In this document: positions 33,484 to 42,728 of the stretch, in pieces
Numbering within the stretch: the stretch's first letter is position 1
How the letters are laid out: every line of letters begins with the position of its first letter
Assembly: GCA_038064195.1 (NCBI GenBank)
Contig: JBBTTO010000003.1
Coordinates: 178,428-242,427 of the forward strand
Reading direction: 5' to 3'
Length of the DNA stretch: 64,000 bases
Source: Patescibacteria group bacterium
Lineage (GTDB): Bacteria > Patescibacteriota > Microgenomatia > Levybacterales > UBA12049
Program-made: the position numbers and the translations under genes
The notes under the pieces: model-generated
What the model was told of the DNA's origin: nothing
Seen by the model: only the letters and a program-made list of their open reading frames with translations
Databases searched by the model: none

Positions 33484-34707
33484 TTAAATAATTTTTTTAC
33501 TGCGAAGCGTGTGGTAGTAATTTTTCTTTGTGAAGAGTATTGCTCCCAGACCGATACTGTAGGCCAGCACTGCCATAATGAGGTTAAGCGGGGTGATGTA
33601 GGAGAGCAGTTCGTAGACCAGGGCACCGGTTAGTAGGCCCAAAAGCATGCCTGCCTCTTTAGAGACGAGCCGTACCAGTCTCTGGCCAAAGGCTATGACT
33701 ATCAGAATTTTTGCCATATAGAGAGCGATCAGATAGGCCGCAAAGATCACGAGGGATAAGGGGATACCGATAACGGTTATAAAGATCAGGATGAGAATGA
33801 CCGGCATGACGATGAGGGTTACGAGTCCCAGCCCCAGGTTGGCCCACAGTCGAGAAAAGATTGTTTCTCCCAGCGTCTTAGTATAAACAGGCAGCAATTT
33901 GATCAGCAGAAAACCTACGATGACTGTTGAAATAAAGCTGATGATCTTGATCCAGGTCAGAATCGCTAGGACACCGAAAGCTGTCTTTTTGCCGGTATCC
34001 TGAGCCCTGGCCTGCCGGGGAGTTGTCTGATGATAGATAGTCTTACCTGCTACCTGTGCTCCTGATTCTATGGTGGCCTTATTACTGCCTGTGTAGGTCA
34101 GATTGCCGGCAATTTTAGTCTGGGGCATGAGGATCAGATCGCCGACAAATCCGGTGACATCTCCGCCGACTGTATTATTGAGTGTCAGCGTACCGGCAGC
34201 GAAATTGATATCGCGACCAACAGGTGCGTTAAGGACGATTTGTCCGCCGACCAGCGTCACGCTGCCTGCGATTTCGGCACTACCTCCGATATCGACATTA
34301 CCACCAACCACCGTGAGATTTCGGTCAATTTTCCCTGTGACGCTGATATTTCCTCCTGCTACTCTTACATCCTGTGTCACATCTCCGCTTATTGCGAGAG
34401 TCCCGCCTGCAGCCAGGATATCACCATTTACTTTGCCTTTGATCGTGACATTACCTCCGGCTGAGTAAAGATCTCCGTTGATAGTCCCCAGTACCAGCAC
34501 TGTATTACCTGCGGCAAAATAGTCATGATTGATAGTACGGGAAGGCGGAATAATAATCGTCACCGGTTTTTCGGTTTGAGAAGAAGCCTGGCTATTGGTC
34601 TTGCCAAAAAAACCTACTAATCCGATAAAGCCAAGAACCAGCAGCAAGGTTATTACCATTCTTTTTGTCATAAAAACAACTTTACGTAATAAAGAGTTTT
34701 CAGACAA
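33484..34707 (-). CDS. Membrane protein with bactofilin-like (DUF583) beta-helical repeats and a C-terminal multi-TM domain
   Basis: Repeats GGNVTIKGKVNGDILAAGGTLAISGDVTQDVRVAGGNISVTG. N-terminal TM helix and at least 4 C-terminal TM helices. Confidence 0.6.
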   Translation of the reverse strand: MSENSLLRKVVFMTKRMVITLLLVLGFIGLVGFFGKTNSQASSQTEKPVTIIIPPSRTINHDYFAAGNTVLVLGTINGDLYSAGGNVTIKGKVNGDILAAGGTLAISGDVTQDVRVAGGNISVTGKIDRNLTVVGGNVDIGGSAEIAGSVTLVGGQIVLNAPVGRDINFAAGTLTLNNTVGGDVTGFVGDLILMPQTKIAGNLTYTGSNKATIESGAQVAGKTIYHQTTPRQARAQDTGKKTAFGVLAILTWIKIISFISTVIVGFLLIKLLPVYTKTLGETIFSRLWANLGLGLVTLIVMPVILILIFITVIGIPLSLVIFAAYLIALYMAKILIVIAFGQRLVRLVSKEAGMLLGLLTGALVYELLSYITPLNLIMAVLAYSIGLGAILFTKKNYYHTLRSKKII

Positions 34708-34907
34708 TGATCTATATCACAAAGAAAAAGTGATACGTATCATTTATTAAAAGGATCTTTGTTTGTATTATGACTTTCGGATAATGAAAATATTATGAAA
34801 AGAATTATCTCGCTGATTTATAAAGTTATACGCTATTTGCGAAAGGAGGAAATGCTTCTCGCGCGGTTTTATACAGCGCCGATCATTTAAAGAGAGGAGG
34901 TGAAACT

Positions 34908-35234
34908 ATGTACTACTTAACAGGGTTAACAGGTTTATTATTACTCTTTGCTCCATTTGTTCTTGGCTATACAGACAACGCGGCAGCCTTTTGGACAAGT
35001 CTTATCGTCGGAGTAGGAGTTATCCTCGTCTCAACAGTTGAGGGAGTGGTCACAAAGCCGGGTAAATGGGAATATTGGGTAGCCGGGATTATGGGACTGG
35101 TTGCATTGCTTGCTCCATTTATTTTCGGTTTTAGTTCCATAACGGGGGCTTTTTGGGCATCTATTCTTGCGGGAGTAGTGCTTATGTTTGTTTCAGGGAT
35201 TGAAGTGTACTCAAATGATTATCGCAATGTGTGA
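34908..35234 (+). CDS. SPW-repeat membrane protein
   Basis: Two repeats each ending in a W-containing motif (KWEYWVAGIMGLVALLAPFIFGFS). Confidence 0.55.
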   Translation: MYYLTGLTGLLLLFAPFVLGYTDNAAAFWTSLIVGVGVILVSTVEGVVTKPGKWEYWVAGIMGLVALLAPFIFGFSSITGAFWASILAGVVLMFVSGIEVYSNDYRNV

Positions 35235-35317
35235 GTACATCAGAGTCAGCCGGACGGGAGCGTGATAGCTCGTGAGGCAGATCAACTCCCGTCTCGGAAC
35301 TCGAAAATTAAAAAACT

Positions 35318-35695
35318 ATGTTTACAGGCAATATCAAACATTTGGCAAAAGAAAATACTAATTTTCGTCAGGTAATCTATACCGGGCCACACGCGCAGCT
35401 TGTTTTGATGAGTTTGAGACCGGGTGAGGAAATCGGCGAGGAAACACATCCGACAACAGATCAGGTATTGTTCTTTGTCGCAGGCGATGAGGAGGTCGAG
35501 GCAATTATCAACGATACCCCTTTTTGGGTAGAAGAACACGGGGTGGTTTTCGTTCCTGCAGGCATTAAGCATAATATTATCAACAAAGGTTCTGATGCTC
35601 TTAAGCTCTATACAGTCTACGCACCGCCTGCGCATAAAGACGGGACTATCCATCAGACCAAAAAAGATGCTGCCAAGGAGGAGCCGTATGAATGA
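35318..35695 (+). CDS. Cupin-domain protein
   Basis: GEEIGEETHPTTDQVLFFVAGD...VFVPAGIKHNIIN is a two-His cupin motif pair. Confidence 0.65.
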   Translation: MFTGNIKHLAKENTNFRQVIYTGPHAQLVLMSLRPGEEIGEETHPTTDQVLFFVAGDEEVEAIINDTPFWVEEHGVVFVPAGIKHNIINKGSDALKLYTVYAPPAHKDGTIHQTKKDAAKEEPYE

Positions 35696-36380
35696 GACTG
35701 ACAGATTCTTCAGTAGTCGTGTCCAGGCAGGACGTATGCTGGCCCGTGAGCTGGGCTATGTTAAAGGATCAGATTGCATAGTTTATGCCCTTCCGCGAGG
35801 CGGAGTGGTCACTGCAGTTGAAATTGCCACATATCTCCGTTCTCCCCTCGAACTCTTACTGACACGTAAAATAGTTCATCCTCTGTCTCCTGAATATGCT
35901 CAGGCAGCAATATCTGAAAAAGGCTACCTGGTAAGTAGTAAGATCAGCAGGGAACAAATGCTTGAGGGTTGGTTTGAAGAGGCAATCCAAAAACAAATTG
36001 CGGAAATAGCCCGTCGCCGCTTGATGTATTCAGCCGGCAAAAAGAGAATGCGAGCTACAGGAAAGACAGCCATCATTGTCGATGACGGAGTGGCGACAGG
36101 TCTCACACTCAGGGCGGGAATTCTTGAGATTAGAGATGAAGATCCCCTCAAGCTTATCGTCGCGGTTCCTGTAATTCCCGAAAGTACTGCAGAGCTGATA
36201 AAAAATTCAGTCGATGATCTGGTAGCTCTTTCCATCCCTTCAGATCAGGACTATTTAGGAGCTGTGGGATCATACTATGAAGACTTTCATGAGATAAGTG
36301 ACAGAGAAGTGATAAAGATACTTGAGGACTTTGCTTATAGCAGTAAGGAGTACTCTTCTTTTGAAAGGAGAGCGCTATGA
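35688..36380 (+). CDS. Phosphoribosyltransferase-family protein (COG1926-like)
   Basis: FSSRVQAGRMLARELGY, ALPRGGVVTAVEIA and IIVDDGVATGLT are the PRPP-binding motif. The ATG overlaps the cupin stop. The ORF-track start at 35595 is probably too far upstream. Confidence 0.65.
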   Translation: MNETDRFFSSRVQAGRMLARELGYVKGSDCIVYALPRGGVVTAVEIATYLRSPLELLLTRKIVHPLSPEYAQAAISEKGYLVSSKISREQMLEGWFEEAIQKQIAEIARRRLMYSAGKKRMRATGKTAIIVDDGVATGLTLRAGILEIRDEDPLKLIVAVPVIPESTAELIKNSVDDLVALSIPSDQDYLGAVGSYYEDFHEISDREVIKILEDFAYSSKEYSSFERRAL

Positions 36381-36832
36381 ATATCGGAAGAGCTATAATG
36401 GATTTAGATGTTCAGTCCGGTGGAGGTGTGTCCAAGCGACCTCACTACTACGGTGATACGATCCGTAAGTTATTTTTTGCCTCAGCTTTCTTAATGCTTT
36501 TCTTTATGCCTTTTTTTACTGAGTATATCCCTGTCACTGTTCGTCAGGGACTCTTGGTTGTTCTTGCTGTGAGTATTTTCTCAGGATTAACCAACCCTAC
36601 ACTTTTTTGGATAGCTGTGATGGATCTGCTCATCTCAATCGGGGGAGTTTTTATTTTTGGTTACTATGCAGCGGATTCATATCTTCGTTATTCTATAAAC
36701 GATTTTTATTTTTGGATAAATCAAATTTTATCGGTCTTATTTTTGGCGAGCCTTTATTTTAGTATTAAGACCGTCCGGGGGTTTCTTGTTGGGCATAAAG
36801 TTTCAAAGCCTCCTGAGAATAGTAGTGCCTAA
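36377..36832 (+). CDS. Integral membrane hypothetical protein
   Basis: 4 TM helices. Confidence 0.4.
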   Translation: MNIGRAIMDLDVQSGGGVSKRPHYYGDTIRKLFFASAFLMLFFMPFFTEYIPVTVRQGLLVVLAVSIFSGLTNPTLFWIAVMDLLISIGGVFIFGYYAADSYLRYSINDFYFWINQILSVLFLASLYFSIKTVRGFLVGHKVSKPPENSSA

Positions 36833-37440
36833 TTACAGGCATTATCCGCCCAGAGGCCGATCCTGGCAGCAATCGCTGCTTTTTCTGCCTTTTTATATTC
36901 TGCTTGATATTTGTACGGCATCGCATAGGTATACTCATGTGCCATTCCTTCCTCAAGTGCCCCGAGGCCATAGTCATCAGATCCGTTGATAAAGACGTAT
37001 CTTAATAATCGTCCGTATTTATCTTTATCACTCTGTGTCGGATCAGACTCGAGGAAGACATATTTCCCCAAAAGTAATTCTTTGGCACGGTCTGAGGCGG
37101 CTTTACCCATACATTGAACGGGCTTACGCGGATCGACAGTCTCGGGAGTGTCAATTCCGATGACTCGGATTGTCTGGTTTTTCCCGTTGAGTATCACATG
37201 CAGCGTATCACCATCGACGACCTTAGTGACTTTTATTAGTCCGTTTTGCTCCTGGATACTTGTCGGGGTCGCGACTGTCCTCACGCCTTCGACAGCGGAT
37301 TGATGAGGGACAAGTGACGTGTAGGCTTTTTCACCGGCTATGAGGAAAATGATGATAAGAAGAGAGATGACAGCACGCCGTAGCTTACGATTCATGATCA
37401 TCCCGAGTATACCTTTGGGCGGAGCGGTTTTCAATCCCAT
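36829..37440 (-). CDS. Secreted thermonuclease (staphylococcal nuclease, SNase-like)
   Basis: VVDGDTLHVILNGKNQTIRVIGIDTPE, YGRLLRYV and EGMAHEY are SNase catalytic motifs. N-terminal TM anchor. Confidence 0.75.
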   Translation of the reverse strand: MGLKTAPPKGILGMIMNRKLRRAVISLLIIIFLIAGEKAYTSLVPHQSAVEGVRTVATPTSIQEQNGLIKVTKVVDGDTLHVILNGKNQTIRVIGIDTPETVDPRKPVQCMGKAASDRAKELLLGKYVFLESDPTQSDKDKYGRLLRYVFINGSDDYGLGALEEGMAHEYTYAMPYKYQAEYKKAEKAAIAARIGLWADNACN

Positions 37441-37466
37441 TTCTTTCTGCTAGAGTATATTTCACT

Positions 37467-37513
37467 CAGAGAACAGAGAACAGAGAACAGAGAACAGAGA
37501 ACAGAGAACAGAG
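37467..37513. repeat. Tandem heptamer (cagagaa) x6.7 upstream of the nuclease gene (read ttctctg on its strand)
   Basis: Read directly. Confidence 0.95.
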
Positions 37514-37526
37514 TTCGTGTTAGTCT

Positions 37527-37580
37527 TGTTTACTGTTTACTGTTTACTGTTTACTGTTTACTGTTTACTGTTTACTGTCA
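37527..37580. repeat. Tandem heptamer (tgtttac) x7.7 immediately upstream of the helicase ATG
   Basis: Read directly. Confidence 0.95.
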
Positions 37581-37587
37581 TTAACTT

Positions 37588-38904
37588 ATGACCCAAGCTG
37601 AAGCACTCGATATTCTCAAATTAGGCCACAATGCTTTTCTCACCGGGCCGGCAGGCTCAGGTAAGACCTACCTCCTCAATCAATTTATCAAATATCTCCG
37701 CCTTAACAATGTCAGTGTCGGAATTACTGCCTCGACAGGCATCGCTGCCACTCATATGGGTGGCACGACTATCCATAGTTGGTCGGGGATGGGGATCCGG
37801 GACGAGATGGATGAGCGGGCGATAGCAGATCTCCTCAAGAGACAGTATCTCAGAAAGCATTTTTTAAAGACCAAAGTCCTCATAATTGACGAGATCTCGA
37901 TGCTGCATGCTTTTCAACTCGATTTGGTGCACAGTATCTGTCGGGCTTTTAAAAAAATCGAGTACCCCTTCGGCGGAATGCAGGTCGTGATGTGCGGAGA
38001 TTTTTTTCAACTCCCGCCTGTCTCCAAAGCAGATGGTGAGTCCAGATTTGTCACCGACTCGACGATCTGGAACGAGATGAAGCTGCGCATTTGCTATCTT
38101 GATGAGCAGTACCGTCAGAGTGATCGGGCATTCCTGCGAGTTCTCAATGATATCAGGAGTGGGGATGTCAATGAAGACACAGTCGAAGTCTTATCCGAGC
38201 GGCTCAACAAAGAGCCGGAGGGATATACCCGTCCGACCCGTCTTTTTACGCACAACGCGGATGTAGACGTGGTGAACAAGACCCATTTAGATGCACTTGT
38301 GGGAGAAGCACATGAATATCGCATGATAGGGCGTGGCAATCCTAACCTGGTTGAAGTTCTGCGTAAGACCTGTCTGGCGCCTGAGAAGCTCATTCTCAAA
38401 AAAGGTGCACAGGTAATGTTTGTTAAAAATAATTATGAAGTGGGGTACGTCAACGGCACACTAGGTGAGGTCATCGGCTTTGATAAGGTCGATGCGCCTA
38501 TCGTCCGGACTTTTGACGGGGCCGAAATCGCTGTCAGTCAGATGAGTTGGGAAGTGAAAGAGGAAAACACTGAGTTGGCAGCCATCAGCCAGGTACCGCT
38601 TAGACTTGCCTGGGCGATTACTGTCCATAAGTCTCAAGGTATGTCACTGGATGCTGCGGAGGTTGACCTTTCACGTTCGTTTGTCCCGGGGCAGGGGTAT
38701 GTAGCGTTATCTCGACTCAGAGGCCTCAAGGGTCTAAAGCTTATGGGGATGAATCAGATGGCTTTGACGGTGAATTCTGATGTGGCGGAAATGGATAGGG
38801 AGTTTCGCCGTCTCTCAGATGAAGCAGTGCTGGATTTGCAAAAATTAGATTTACAGACCAAAGAGCAAAAGCAAAAAGACTACCTGCATTACTTGCAAAG
38901 ATGA
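37588..38904 (+). CDS. SF1B ATP-dependent DNA helicase, PIF1/RecD-like
   Basis: Walker A GPAGSGKTYLL, IIDEISM, GDFFQLPPV, QYRQSD and TVHKSQGMSLD. Confidence 0.7.
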   Translation: MTQAEALDILKLGHNAFLTGPAGSGKTYLLNQFIKYLRLNNVSVGITASTGIAATHMGGTTIHSWSGMGIRDEMDERAIADLLKRQYLRKHFLKTKVLIIDEISMLHAFQLDLVHSICRAFKKIEYPFGGMQVVMCGDFFQLPPVSKADGESRFVTDSTIWNEMKLRICYLDEQYRQSDRAFLRVLNDIRSGDVNEDTVEVLSERLNKEPEGYTRPTRLFTHNADVDVVNKTHLDALVGEAHEYRMIGRGNPNLVEVLRKTCLAPEKLILKKGAQVMFVKNNYEVGYVNGTLGEVIGFDKVDAPIVRTFDGAEIAVSQMSWEVKEENTELAAISQVPLRLAWAITVHKSQGMSLDAAEVDLSRSFVPGQGYVALSRLRGLKGLKLMGMNQMALTVNSDVAEMDREFRRLSDEAVLDLQKLDLQTKEQKQKDYLHYLQR

Positions 38905-38953
38905 GGTTAAGTGAGTATTTACAATTAAATATACATAATATAGTATACGGCAA

Positions 38954-39937
38954 ATGACCGGAAAGAAGAGCTTAGCTAAATCAGAAAACAAATCTATTTC
39001 TCTCCAGGAGTTTAAATCCCTCTTTTATCATCTTAATGCAAAGCCCGACTCTTCAATAAAAATCTTTAAAGAGTCGAGGAGAGTCCATAAGGAAGACCTG
39101 ATCGAACTAAATGAGAAAGTTGGCGAGAAGCTTAGCAACAATAACATAGTTGGGAGTTTTACCACCATTAAAGTCGCATTATCAGATAAGAGAATCATTG
39201 ATATTGCTACTTGGGAAGAGTTTCTTGAGCATATGTGGGACTATTCTTCGTATGTAACACATATTGATATCCAGTGGGATTTTAATATTGTTTTGCCTAG
39301 ATATAAATTACCACAGAGACATACTTTGAAGCTGAGAATAGGCTCTACAGTGAAACCAGGTGAGGCCCTGCAAATCCTTTTATCGACTGAAAGCGATATT
39401 GACGCAGAAGAATTAAGGGCTAAGGTAGTATGTAAAATTGATTATATTAATCCTGTTGTCTCTACAGAATTGCTCAATCTAGTAGAAGAATGGTATCTGG
39501 GATTGGAAAAAATCAGTGACCAAAATAAAGTTGTAGGTTTTTTTGTAAAACATGATGATGCGTTTACTCATGGATTTGAGTTGCTCTTCGATATCGGTGG
39601 AGTGCTGGTTGGGTATTCACTTGTTAGGGTAATTTTATATTTCAAACTATATTCTTCAGGCGAGAGTATTAGGGATATAGCTTTCTCCTTAGGGGTAATG
39701 TGGATAATTGTATACGCCTTTGGATACATTGGGAGGATGGTCTCCCGCAGAATTATAAAAAGCATTTCCAGCTTAAGAGATTATTCAATGTTTGAGATCA
39801 CAAAGGGAGACAAGAATAGGAATAAAGAGCTCAGTCGTAAAAATAATAAAGTAGTTAAGGAGATATTGATTGAATTTGGAGTTAGCGCATTTATCGATTT
39901 GTTACTCACAAGCTACCATATCTTCTTTAGGTCTTAA
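38954..39937 (+). CDS. Hypothetical protein with a C-terminal membrane domain
   Basis: 327-aa ORF. AT-rich. Confidence 0.4.
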   Translation: MTGKKSLAKSENKSISLQEFKSLFYHLNAKPDSSIKIFKESRRVHKEDLIELNEKVGEKLSNNNIVGSFTTIKVALSDKRIIDIATWEEFLEHMWDYSSYVTHIDIQWDFNIVLPRYKLPQRHTLKLRIGSTVKPGEALQILLSTESDIDAEELRAKVVCKIDYINPVVSTELLNLVEEWYLGLEKISDQNKVVGFFVKHDDAFTHGFELLFDIGGVLVGYSLVRVILYFKLYSSGESIRDIAFSLGVMWIIVYAFGYIGRMVSRRIIKSISSLRDYSMFEITKGDKNRNKELSRKNNKVVKEILIEFGVSAFIDLLLTSYHIFFRS

Positions 39938-39980
39938 CCTGTTTTTGATATTAATCACACATAACAGTATAATTACAGCT

Positions 39981-40934
39981 ATGAAATATCAAATTTTGTT
40001 GTATTACAAATATGTGGCCGTATCTGATGCTGAGGCAGTTCGTAAGGAGCAGCGGGAGTTGTGTGAAAGATTAAACCTCAAAGGGCGAATTATCGTAGCC
40101 ACTGAGGGAATTAATGGTACGCTTGAAGGTTTGGTATCCGACACGGAGGCCTATATTCACGCGATGGAGGAGTCTGGATACTTCAAAGGTATTAATTACA
40201 AAAAAAGCCAGGGAACGGGGCAGGCTTTCCCTAAGCTGTCCGTGAAAATAAGACCTGAGGTCGTCACCACAGGGGTTTCTGGTTTGGATCCTACTCAAAC
40301 AACCGGTAAGTACCTGTCCGCTGATGAGTTGCATGTGTGGTATGAAGAAGGCAAAGAATTTTATGTCGTTGATATGCGTAATGACTATGAGTACGCTTCA
40401 GGCCACTTTGAGGGATTTGTCCCCTCGGGTCTTGCCAATTTCCATGATCTCAAACAGGTACTTCCCAAGATCCAACATCTAAAATCTAAAACCATTGTCA
40501 CCGTCTGTACCGGTGGGATTAGATGCGAAAAAGCCTCAGGTTTCTTACTCCAAAACGGCTTCAGTGATGTCTATCAATTAAAAGACGGTATCCAGACCTA
40601 TATGGAGGCATACCCCAATGAGCACTTTAAAGGCAAGTTATATGTTTTCGATAATAGATTAACCCTAGGGTTTAACGTTAACGATTCCAAACATGAGATA
40701 GTGGGGAAGTGTGATCACTGCAGTAAGTCCTGTGACAGCTACGTCAACTGTGCCTATAACGAATGCCACAGGCACTATATAAGCTGCTCAGAGTGTTTGG
40801 ACAAAGAGACAGGCTATGCTTTTTGCAATCAGGAATGTAAAGAGAATTATTTCAAAATCACCATTCACCACCGCGCTCAGCGCGGTTTGCACCCAGCTGA
40901 GCTGGGCCACAAGCGCGTCATTCCGGCGTTATGA
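39981..40934 (+). CDS. trhO: tRNA uridine(34) hydroxylase TrhO (rhodanese-domain, UPF0176/YceA family)
   Basis: MKYQILLYYKYV...GRIIVATEGINGTLEG, rhodanese CTGGIRCEKA, C-terminal Cys cluster. The longer ORF-track start at 39870 lacks homology. Confidence 0.75.
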   Translation: MKYQILLYYKYVAVSDAEAVRKEQRELCERLNLKGRIIVATEGINGTLEGLVSDTEAYIHAMEESGYFKGINYKKSQGTGQAFPKLSVKIRPEVVTTGVSGLDPTQTTGKYLSADELHVWYEEGKEFYVVDMRNDYEYASGHFEGFVPSGLANFHDLKQVLPKIQHLKSKTIVTVCTGGIRCEKASGFLLQNGFSDVYQLKDGIQTYMEAYPNEHFKGKLYVFDNRLTLGFNVNDSKHEIVGKCDHCSKSCDSYVNCAYNECHRHYISCSECLDKETGYAFCNQECKENYFKITIHHRAQRGLHPAELGHKRVIPAL

Positions 40935-40943
40935 GGAGTTTGA

Positions 40944-41264
40944 TTGTCAGGTTTTCTTACAAAAGTGTGGTATACTATGGCTATGAAACTCGCCTCTCCA
41001 ACTCCCAAATGCTTTCAATGCGGTTCAATCCTGATCCAGATCAGCAAGATCGAGTCACACCCTGAAGGGTCGCTTTTCCCGCAAACGACCTCGATTTTTC
41101 GTTGTTCTAACGTCGAGTGCCAGGCTCAAAAGGACAAAGATGAGGCAAAGCGTATGAAGCTTCAGGAAGAGAAAAACGAAGCAGACAAAAATCGTGCCTC
41201 CCAACGGCAAAAACGCAGCGTGAAAGGAGCCTCAGAGATACTTGCAAAGCACTCTAATATTTGA
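40944..41264 (+). CDS. Small zinc-ribbon protein
   Basis: CFQCGS...CSNVEC followed by a Lys/Glu-rich tail. Confidence 0.4.
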   Translation: MSGFLTKVWYTMAMKLASPTPKCFQCGSILIQISKIESHPEGSLFPQTTSIFRCSNVECQAQKDKDEAKRMKLQEEKNEADKNRASQRQKRSVKGASEILAKHSNI

Positions 41265-41283
41265 CCCCGATAGCTATCGGGGT
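41264..41283 (+). terminator. Palindromic hairpin accccgata-gc-tatcggggt immediately after the zinc-ribbon gene
   Basis: 9-bp stem read directly. Its 3' end merges into the TTGACT of the next promoter. Confidence 0.45.
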
Positions 41284-41311
41284 TGACTATAGGTTAAATA
41301 TGTGCTATACT
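41283..41311 (+). promoter_or_regulatory. Consensus-like sigma70 promoter TTGACT-17-TGcTATACT with a long 5' UTR before the DEAD-box helicase
   Basis: Read directly. Confidence 0.6.
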
Positions 41312-41462
41312 ACACGCATGCAGATGGTACTGTCACGCCTCTGCTTATAAAGTTTAATTAGGTTTAGATAAAGATACCCTACTATTTATTTTTACTTCAG
41401 TATCTCCTAACTATTTACTCCACATTTAAGCAGAAGCGCGACAGTTTCATTAACATTTTTTT

Positions 41463-42692
41463 ATGCACCGTCACTACGCCAATTCCCGCTCTAATCGACA
41501 AGAATTCACCCGTCAGGCCCGCTCTCAGGGGCAGCCGGGTGGTAATTTTCGTGGCAATAGGGGACAACGCCCCGGGCGCGGCCAGCCCAAGCCACTTGAC
41601 GAACGTCTCTTTATCAATAAGGCTCAAGCTGTCGAAGTTGAGCAGGAGCCGGTAACGACAGTCAAATTTACTGATTTTCGCATTTCTGATAAATTAAAAC
41701 GCAATATCGCAGATCACGGCTATAGTACGCCGACTCCTATTCAGGAGCAGACTATCCCGCATTTACTTGAAGGTCGGGACGTCATAGGTATTGCCAACAC
41801 CGGTACCGGTAAAACAGCCGCATTTCTGATCCCATTGGTTGAAAAAATGACTCAGGATCGCAATCAGCGTGCGCTTATCATGACGCCTACCCGAGAGCTG
41901 GCGATGCAGATCTCAGATGAGCTGCGTATTTTTACAAAGGGCATGGAGATTGAGCACGTTTTGTGTATCGGAGGAGCCAACCTCCAGCGTCAGGAGAAAA
42001 AGCTCCATCATAATCCGCATTTTGTCATCGGAACACCAGGCAGGCTTAAAGATTTGATCAAACGTAAAACATTGAATTTGAATCTCTTTCAAAATATCGT
42101 ACTGGATGAGGTCGATCGCATGGTCGATATCGGTTTTATCCGGGATATCCAGTATGTTGTCTCGTTACTTCCCAAAATTCGTCAGTCACTATTCTTTTCA
42201 GCCACCATTGCTGATAAGGAGCGTGCTATTTTGAATACGTTTGTAACTGATCCTATTTCCGTATCGGTTAAAAAACGTGAGACAAGTGCCAATATCGATC
42301 AGGATATCGTGCGCGTCCGGCAAGGTGAGCAGAAAATTGATGTCTTACATAACTTACTGGCGACAGAAGGTTTTGATAAAGTTCTTGTCTTTGGTCGAAC
42401 CAAGTGGGGGATCGAGAAGCTGACACGAGCGTTGATTGATCGTGGCTTTCGCGCGGCTGCTATTCATGGTAATAAATCCCAGGGTCAGCGTCAGCGTGCT
42501 TTGGAGCAGTTTAAGACTAATCAGCTTCAGGTCTTACTCGCAACCGATGTAGCTTCACGAGGACTGGATATTGAGAATGTCTCACATGTCATCAATTTTG
42601 ACGCGCCTGCTTCATATGAGGACTATGTCCATCGTATCGGCCGTACCGGACGCGCGGACCGTCGTGGTGTCGCTTTGACATTTGTTAATTAA
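41463..42692 (+). CDS. DEAD-box ATP-dependent RNA helicase with an N-terminal Arg/Gly-rich extension
   Basis: Q-motif, ANTGTGKT, PTRELA, DEVD, SAT and HRIGRTGRA. Confidence 0.85.
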   Translation: MHRHYANSRSNRQEFTRQARSQGQPGGNFRGNRGQRPGRGQPKPLDERLFINKAQAVEVEQEPVTTVKFTDFRISDKLKRNIADHGYSTPTPIQEQTIPHLLEGRDVIGIANTGTGKTAAFLIPLVEKMTQDRNQRALIMTPTRELAMQISDELRIFTKGMEIEHVLCIGGANLQRQEKKLHHNPHFVIGTPGRLKDLIKRKTLNLNLFQNIVLDEVDRMVDIGFIRDIQYVVSLLPKIRQSLFFSATIADKERAILNTFVTDPISVSVKKRETSANIDQDIVRVRQGEQKIDVLHNLLATEGFDKVLVFGRTKWGIEKLTRALIDRGFRAAAIHGNKSQGQRQRALEQFKTNQLQVLLATDVASRGLDIENVSHVINFDAPASYEDYVHRIGRTGRADRRGVALTFVN

Positions 42693-42728
42693 TTTTATCC
42701 TCAAAGATATAAGGTATAATTATTTTTT

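Noticed and set aside
34796-34891. 31-aa ORF (MKRIISLIYKVIRYLRKEEMLLARFYTAPII) upstream of the SPW-repeat gene
   Set aside because: It is too short and has no support. It could be a leader peptide but there is no evidence.
41312-41345. 10-codon leaderless ORF (MQMVLSRLCL) right after the 41283-41311 promoter
   Set aside because: Probably just the 5' UTR of the DEAD-box helicase mRNA. Nothing indicates a functional upstream ORF.
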